From a virus: a stretch of 64,000 nucleotides of DNA. Below are positions 58,898-64,000 of the stretch, in pieces. Below the pieces are notes generated by a model that made no database searches, was not told the origin of the DNA, and worked only from the letters and a program-made list of their open reading frames with translations. The stretch's first letter is position 1. Every line of letters begins with the position of its first letter. Location of the stretch: IMG/VR virus record IMGVR_UViG_3300025030_000004, positions 64,001 through 128,000 of that record. One strand, 5' to 3'. Both the position numbers and the translations under genes were made by a program.

Positions 58898-58958
58898 GAC
58901 GGAACAGAAATACAGTCTGTACCCAACTCCACACAGAAAAACAGTCTGAAGGAGTAAT
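58898..58958 (-). ncRNA. Tandem-hairpin leader, family 2, copy B
   Basis: 58924-58958 is 34/35 identical to 55002-55036; second hairpin cagactgtatttctg. Confidence 0.6.
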
Positions 58959-58979
58959 TATTATATTTGTTTTTATCAA

Positions 58980-60212
58980 TTACATCTTATCAGACAAATC
59001 TGCAATTTTACTTCTCCAAACATTTGGAAGATGTACACATCCGAACATGTCCTCATTTTTAAAAACTTCTATTGCTCTCAACAATCCATTATTCTTACCT
59101 ACATATTCAACCTTGTCTACTTGTTGATATGGATCACCTTCGATAATTATCTTAGCATCTTTACTACATCTAGAAAGAGCAAGTTTCATTAAATCAGGTG
59201 TTGTATTTTGTGCTTCAGTTATGTATAAAATCTGATTATCAGTAATTTCCATACCTCTACTATCAGCCATAGGTATTAATCTAATTTTATCCTGTGTAAT
59301 TAAATTATTTACAATTGACTTATCACCAAATTTAGTAATAAGCATGTTGCCAATGAACTGTTGCATACCCTTCTCGACAGAATTACCACTGTAATACCCC
59401 ATATCAACTGCACCACGGACTTTTGTTGGGTTATACATTATTACACATGAATCGTATTTTTGATATTGTAATGCCCACATAATATACATTAAACTGCAAA
59501 GACTCTTACCACTTCCTGGTTTGCCTGTAATGGCAGTAAATTGATTATTATGTAAACTGTCAATACACAATTCTTGAAATATATCCTTTGGTTTCAAATT
59601 ACCAAACATCATACTTTTAAAATCTTTTTTAACAATACTTTTAAACCCATTTTGTGTCCATCTATATTTATCTACGATTGAATTATTGACTTGTATGAGT
59701 AAATATTCATTTATGTTTAGGTTCCATAAATTTGATTTAGCTTCTGATTCATACCAATTAGCTAATTCATATTCTGACATATCTACAATACTATAACCCG
59801 TGTATGTATCATCATTGGAATCCAATGGTTCAAACTTCTCACAAGGGATATTAAGTGATTTACACTTAGCTCTAAATAATAGGTCATTACTAAAAGCAAC
59901 AAAAGTATTATCTTTATCATGTTGTTCTTTTAGCAATGATATAATTTTGTTATCCATAATGTCTTTATCATAGCAAGATGGAAGATTATTATAATCTGTT
60001 TCATCAATTATATATGTAATCTTATCTTTATTTGCTTCAATATTGCGAGTAGCCCTACGAGCTTGATATTTTACTTCTTCTGTATTGCCAAACTTTTTTA
60101 ATTTGTCCAGTTCGCCAAGTACAAATCCTGAAAGTTGAACATCTAAATATTTATCAAATACTTCTTTGGAATATAGGAGTAGGACGTTAGTATCTATATA
60201 TTTAGGAGCCAA
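58980..60212 (-). CDS. phoH: PIN-PhoH family protein
   Basis: IDTNVLL..ELDKLK PIN domain; GKPGSGKS, SRG, EAQN, EGDPYQQVD, WRSKIA. Confidence 0.9.
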   Translation of the reverse strand: MAPKYIDTNVLLLYSKEVFDKYLDVQLSGFVLGELDKLKKFGNTEEVKYQARRATRNIEANKDKITYIIDETDYNNLPSCYDKDIMDNKIISLLKEQHDKDNTFVAFSNDLLFRAKCKSLNIPCEKFEPLDSNDDTYTGYSIVDMSEYELANWYESEAKSNLWNLNINEYLLIQVNNSIVDKYRWTQNGFKSIVKKDFKSMMFGNLKPKDIFQELCIDSLHNNQFTAITGKPGSGKSLCSLMYIMWALQYQKYDSCVIMYNPTKVRGAVDMGYYSGNSVEKGMQQFIGNMLITKFGDKSIVNNLITQDKIRLIPMADSRGMEITDNQILYITEAQNTTPDLMKLALSRCSKDAKIIIEGDPYQQVDKVEYVGKNNGLLRAIEVFKNEDMFGCVHLPNVWRSKIADLSDKM

Positions 60213-60245
60213 TAAAGACCATCCCTTTATTATTTATTTTATTCA

Positions 60246-60500
60246 TTATAAGACACTATCACTAAACAAATATCTTTGATTGGGTCTAACTTTATCTAAA
60301 TCAACTAATTCTTGTTTATCTTTTTCTTGTAGTTTTAATAGATAATTATAAGTAGAAGGGGTTACGTAACGTTGCTTACCACGACCACTACCAAATTTAC
60401 CAGTGACTACTAATTGATCACCATAGTTACCTTGTTTATTTAGGATGATTATTTTCTTTTCGATAAGATAATCCATTTCATTTTTTGAGATTGGTTGCAA
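60246..60500 (-). CDS. Hypothetical protein
   Basis: ORF with RBS aagga. Confidence 0.55.
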   Translation of the reverse strand: MQPISKNEMDYLIEKKIIILNKQGNYGDQLVVTGKFGSGRGKQRYVTPSTYNYLLKLQEKDKQELVDLDKVRPNQRYLFSDSVL

Positions 60501-60740
60501 ATTGTTATATTGATTCTCCTTTGGAGTTTAATTTTATTGTTCGTTCACACATATAAGGTACATCGACCAATACCTTAATAGAAGGGGTGTTCCACATCTC
60601 TTAAATTTGTATATTAGCCTATGTTTCCCTTATTGGCAATTTAACTAAAAACCCTGTAAGCGTTGGTATAGCTAGGTTTATGCGAGTTATTTAAATTGCT
60701 ATTCTTAAAACCCCTTGCTACAAGCACGTTTCAGGGTTTT

Positions 60741-63380
60741 CTATTTAGTCAAGTCATCTAAATTTTTGTTTTTATGGTATGACCTTAATGCAACTTCCCT
60801 GTGTTGTTCTTTCCATATTTCTTTTGCACAAGTTGGGCAGTATTTTGATTTGTTGTTATATTTCTCAATTAAATCTCCGCATTTTTCACAATACAAATTA
60901 CATCTATCTACATTTCTTTTTAAATTTTTAACAATAATATCTCCAAAACATTCCCATAAAGTAGTTTTATAATTTGATTTTTTGAATTCATATAGATATT
61001 TAATTAAAACATCTGTTACATAATTTATATCGTTATTAACATTTAACATTTTTTCTCGTATTTCTTGATATAAAAATGTCATATTACCCATATTGTCATC
61101 GTCTTTTCTATTAATAATGAAATGTTTCTTTAAATCTAGTTCTTTGTAATTTTTCACAACTTCATCATCTATTTTTACAGTATTGTCTTTCATTAACATT
61201 TTATAGTCAAATTTACCTAAATTAGTTGCATTAAAATTTATATTTGGATTTGGAATTAATTTATTTAATTTATTTACAACACTATTATTGATTTTTTCAA
61301 CTTTATTTTTTTCTTTATCTTTTGCATAAATAAAAAAATGAGGAGTTTTTGATTTTGTGTATCCATTTATCAATTTTTTTATTTCACTAGGTCTTTTAGG
61401 TTTATATAATGTTTTAGCGTAATCAATAGTAAAGTTGTTTTCCATACAAAGTAATTTAACTACATCTAAGTTTACATTCTCACTATTCCATATTTTTGTA
61501 ATATCATTGCTTATTATTCCTATATTTCCACCAGTATAAGCTGTTTTTAATCCACTATATATACTTTGATTATTAATAATCTCTGCTCCAGCTTTACGCA
61601 TATTATAATAAAGTGGATTAATGTTTTTCATATTTCTTTCTGCTACTAAAATTATTGTCTTATCGGCACAGACTAAAGATTTGTCTCCGTCAACATCAAA
61701 CTGAAGTATTTTAGATATTAAATCATGACAGGAAGTATATAATCCATTGGTAATAAACCAATCGTCCTTATCTTTGTCTATTACATTATTTCTAATTGCG
61801 TGTTCACGGAATAGATGAGGCGAGCGTAAACAATCTAGTTTAGAATAATCTTCATACAATTTGCAATATACATCCCCCTCCTTAAGAAGTCCTTTGGGAT
61901 TCTTATCACCAAGAAATAGGAATTCGCAGAATGAATATAAATCAGGTATGATAAAAGTATATTTTCCCAATATATCTAATTTTGCTGATCTTGCTTCTTT
62001 TACCATACTTTTTTTTACTTGTTTTAATATTTCTTTGCAATATGTATCATTCAATAATTCAGGGTAAATTTCTAATGCTTGCTGTATGTAATTCTTATTT
62101 ATATTTGATTTCTTAACTCCTAAGACTTTCAACATAGTTTTTCTATCTCGTCCGATATTTACAATATGATGTTTTGTTATTTTTGATATTTCGTTTAGTT
62201 CATTATCATTCATATCAATTAATGTTTGAAGCATTTGATAATTTATCTTTGCATCGTTAAAATCATCTTCCTCTTCATTACACTTTCCAGCTTGACAATT
62301 ATATTTCTTATAATTATCCTTATAAACATCCCAACCATATTTAACTACATTACCATGATCATCTAACTGATTTTTAAAATATTTATACATTTTAAATTGA
62401 CTTTTTGTAAAAACAACTTCTATTTCTTCTTCAAGAAGATTATGCAATTGTCCATATATATCAATCACTTCGCCATACTTTTTATTATCATTATTCTTAT
62501 TTGCAATATTTATAAATTTATTATATTCAAAAGGTACTAACAGTCCTTTTATCCAAGGTAATCTCGTCATAAAACTCTTTTTGCTTAAACTAGGGAGAAT
62601 CATGCCAACTCCATCTGTATGGGTAATTGGAATCTTCATTTTTTTATTAGGAATGATTTCATAAGTCACGTCATCTATAAAATCTACTACGCCCTCAACT
62701 TCAGTCTCCATATCATCTACAACAATTGATTTATCAATATCAAATTCTTTCCATTCATCCGTGGCACTATTTGCAAGTGCTAGATAGGCTAAATATTTGT
62801 TAATATTAACCCCACCTAACTCATTAATTCTATCAATAGTTAATCCGCACATCAATGTATCTTGATGTTTTAACCATGAACTTTCTTTAATAAAAACCGT
62901 CTTTTTTGTTCTAATTTGTCCAGCACTTGCAGTCAAACAAATATACTTCTCATTTTCATAGGTGAATCCGTCTAATATAATATCTTCAATTATATCAAAG
63001 AAAAAAGTTTGGACAATTATAATGTCAGTTGTCAATGTATTCTCTTGGATTTTTATTGTCCTAGTTAATACGGAATCAAAAACAGAAATTATATTTCTCT
63101 TATTCAAGGAATTAGGGTTCAACGCCCTAACTCCTTTATGTGTTTCAAAAATTGAATATAATCCTTCTTTGTAATACTTGATTGTTCTATTAACACTTGT
63201 AATATATTCTTCTAATTCTTTAATATCGACTTCATTATTTCTAAATTTATTTTTAATTTCATATAGTTCGTTTTTATATAAATATAGTTCATTCATATTA
63301 TTATGTATTGTCATTTCTTCTTCGTTATAAAATGCCGAAGTATCTACAGAATATATATGTATTTGTTTGCTTAAACTCAA
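60741..63380 (-). CDS. yonO: YonO-like single-subunit DNA-dependent RNA polymerase
   Basis: QFDVDGD (DxDGD), TASAGQIRTKK, HTDGVGM, RLPWIKG, LRSPHLFREH, NNFTIDYAKT; RBS aaggagg gives TTG at 63380. Confidence 0.85.
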   Translation of the reverse strand: MSLSKQIHIYSVDTSAFYNEEEMTIHNNMNELYLYKNELYEIKNKFRNNEVDIKELEEYITSVNRTIKYYKEGLYSIFETHKGVRALNPNSLNKRNIISVFDSVLTRTIKIQENTLTTDIIIVQTFFFDIIEDIILDGFTYENEKYICLTASAGQIRTKKTVFIKESSWLKHQDTLMCGLTIDRINELGGVNINKYLAYLALANSATDEWKEFDIDKSIVVDDMETEVEGVVDFIDDVTYEIIPNKKMKIPITHTDGVGMILPSLSKKSFMTRLPWIKGLLVPFEYNKFINIANKNNDNKKYGEVIDIYGQLHNLLEEEIEVVFTKSQFKMYKYFKNQLDDHGNVVKYGWDVYKDNYKKYNCQAGKCNEEEDDFNDAKINYQMLQTLIDMNDNELNEISKITKHHIVNIGRDRKTMLKVLGVKKSNINKNYIQQALEIYPELLNDTYCKEILKQVKKSMVKEARSAKLDILGKYTFIIPDLYSFCEFLFLGDKNPKGLLKEGDVYCKLYEDYSKLDCLRSPHLFREHAIRNNVIDKDKDDWFITNGLYTSCHDLISKILQFDVDGDKSLVCADKTIILVAERNMKNINPLYYNMRKAGAEIINNQSIYSGLKTAYTGGNIGIISNDITKIWNSENVNLDVVKLLCMENNFTIDYAKTLYKPKRPSEIKKLINGYTKSKTPHFFIYAKDKEKNKVEKINNSVVNKLNKLIPNPNINFNATNLGKFDYKMLMKDNTVKIDDEVVKNYKELDLKKHFIINRKDDDNMGNMTFLYQEIREKMLNVNNDINYVTDVLIKYLYEFKKSNYKTTLWECFGDIIVKNLKRNVDRCNLYCEKCGDLIEKYNNKSKYCPTCAKEIWKEQHREVALRSYHKNKNLDDLTK

Positions 63381-63452
63381 TATATTTCCTCCTTTATTAA
63401 TCTTCAAAATACCACGGTATAAACTACTTTCATTTGTTTTGTTCTAAATAAG

Positions 63453-63593
63453 CTATTCTATTGTAATTAATCCGTCCTCTTGGATTGAATTTTTAAACTT
63501 TTCGTACCGATCCCCTTCAATATCATCAAAGAACTCTTGATTTTGTGGATGAACTTTTAATATTGAAATTGATAATTTAGTTATTTGTTCCAT
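63453..63593 (-). pseudogene. Truncated ParB-N-like ORF (46 aa)
   Basis: MEQITKLSISILKVHPQNQEFFDDIEGDRYEKFKNSIQEDGLITIE*, RBS aagga. Confidence 0.55.
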
Positions 63594-63616
63594 TTATTTA
63601 TATTTCTCCTTTTATT

Positions 63617-63808
63617 TTAATATTCCATACATTCAACAACACTAAGATTATGTCTTTTAGCACATGACTTGCACACATATCTATCAAATTCTATATCAAT
63701 AAATATATCTTTTGTTTTTGTTAATTCCTTGTCACAATAAAAACAGTTTTCACTTATGTAAAGATTATATTCATTTTCATTTGTTTTACATTGCTTTTTG
63801 AGTGGCAT
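63617..63808 (-). CDS. Small Zn-binding hypothetical protein
   Basis: CFYC..CKSC; RBS ggagg gives ATG at 63808. Confidence 0.55.
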   Translation of the reverse strand: MPLKKQCKTNENEYNLYISENCFYCDKELTKTKDIFIDIEFDRYVCKSCAKRHNLSVVECMEY

Positions 63809-64000
63809 ATGTAACTTCCTCCGTAGTGCCGTTAGTAGTATGAATAAATCCACCAATTGAGTTAGTATAATCTTCTAGAATAATTTCAACTTCTTCTCCA
63901 ATTTCAGCAAGCTCATATAATTGCCGTTCCAACTGAAAATTACCTATGTGATATCCATAAACACCAGTTTTATCCTTAGTGATATGTAATGTTTCAAAAC
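63786..64000 (-). CDS. Partial hypothetical protein (5' end outside window)
   Basis: Open frame FETLHITKDKTG..TQKAM* from the window edge. Confidence 0.45.
   Translation of the reverse strand, partial: FETLHITKDKTGVYGYHIGNFQLERQLYELAEIGEEVEIILEDYTNSIGGFIHTTNGTTEEVTYATQKAM

Noticed and set aside
391-63174. Short opposite-strand or overlapping ORFs in the track (e.g. 5895..6293, 16496..16840, 25471..25697, 45045..45335, 46245..46631, 48457..48690, 7925..8230)
   Set aside because: Shadow frames of real genes, with no RBS and low-complexity translations.
1-64000. CRISPR array, tRNA or rRNA genes
   Set aside because: No regularly spaced direct repeats with spacers and no tRNA cloverleaf with T-loop/CCA were seen; the repeated elements are dispersed single leaders.

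Overview
This is an AT-rich, almost entirely minus-strand late region of a large SPbeta-like (YonO-encoding) temperate phage or phage-plasmid of a low-GC Bacillota host, probably a clostridium. From right to left it holds a YonO-like single-subunit RNA polymerase, PIN-PhoH, HU, YonK, a metallophosphoesterase, a ClpP-like protease, terminase, portal, prohead protease/scaffold, capsid, head-tail genes, major tail protein, an antirepressor/recombinase island, tape measure, baseplate, a 2014-aa tail fibre, a small tail-fibre cassette with an adjacent tyrosine recombinase, the lysis cassette and a primase-type Rep. At the left edge is a plus-strand block (VirB4/HerA-like ATPase, M23 peptidase, DGQHR protein). 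About eight free-standing homing-endonuclease-like genes are scattered through the operon. The strongest unexplained signal is a family of seven structured 5' leader elements in front of five nuclease genes, a nuclease stub and Rep. Each has a closing stem plus U-tract and a hairpin with a palindromic hexamer loop; six also carry a variable segment complementary to sites beside that gene's own RBS, and this segment covaries gene by gene. Other signals: a second tandem-hairpin leader family, a putative invertible tail-fibre cassette, solo IS200/IS605-type end hairpins, an endonuclease that duplicated its neighbour's 3' end, an antisense sRNA in the lysis cassette, and a 0.7-kb hairpin-dense non-coding region. 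All family assignments come from motif reading, not database searches.
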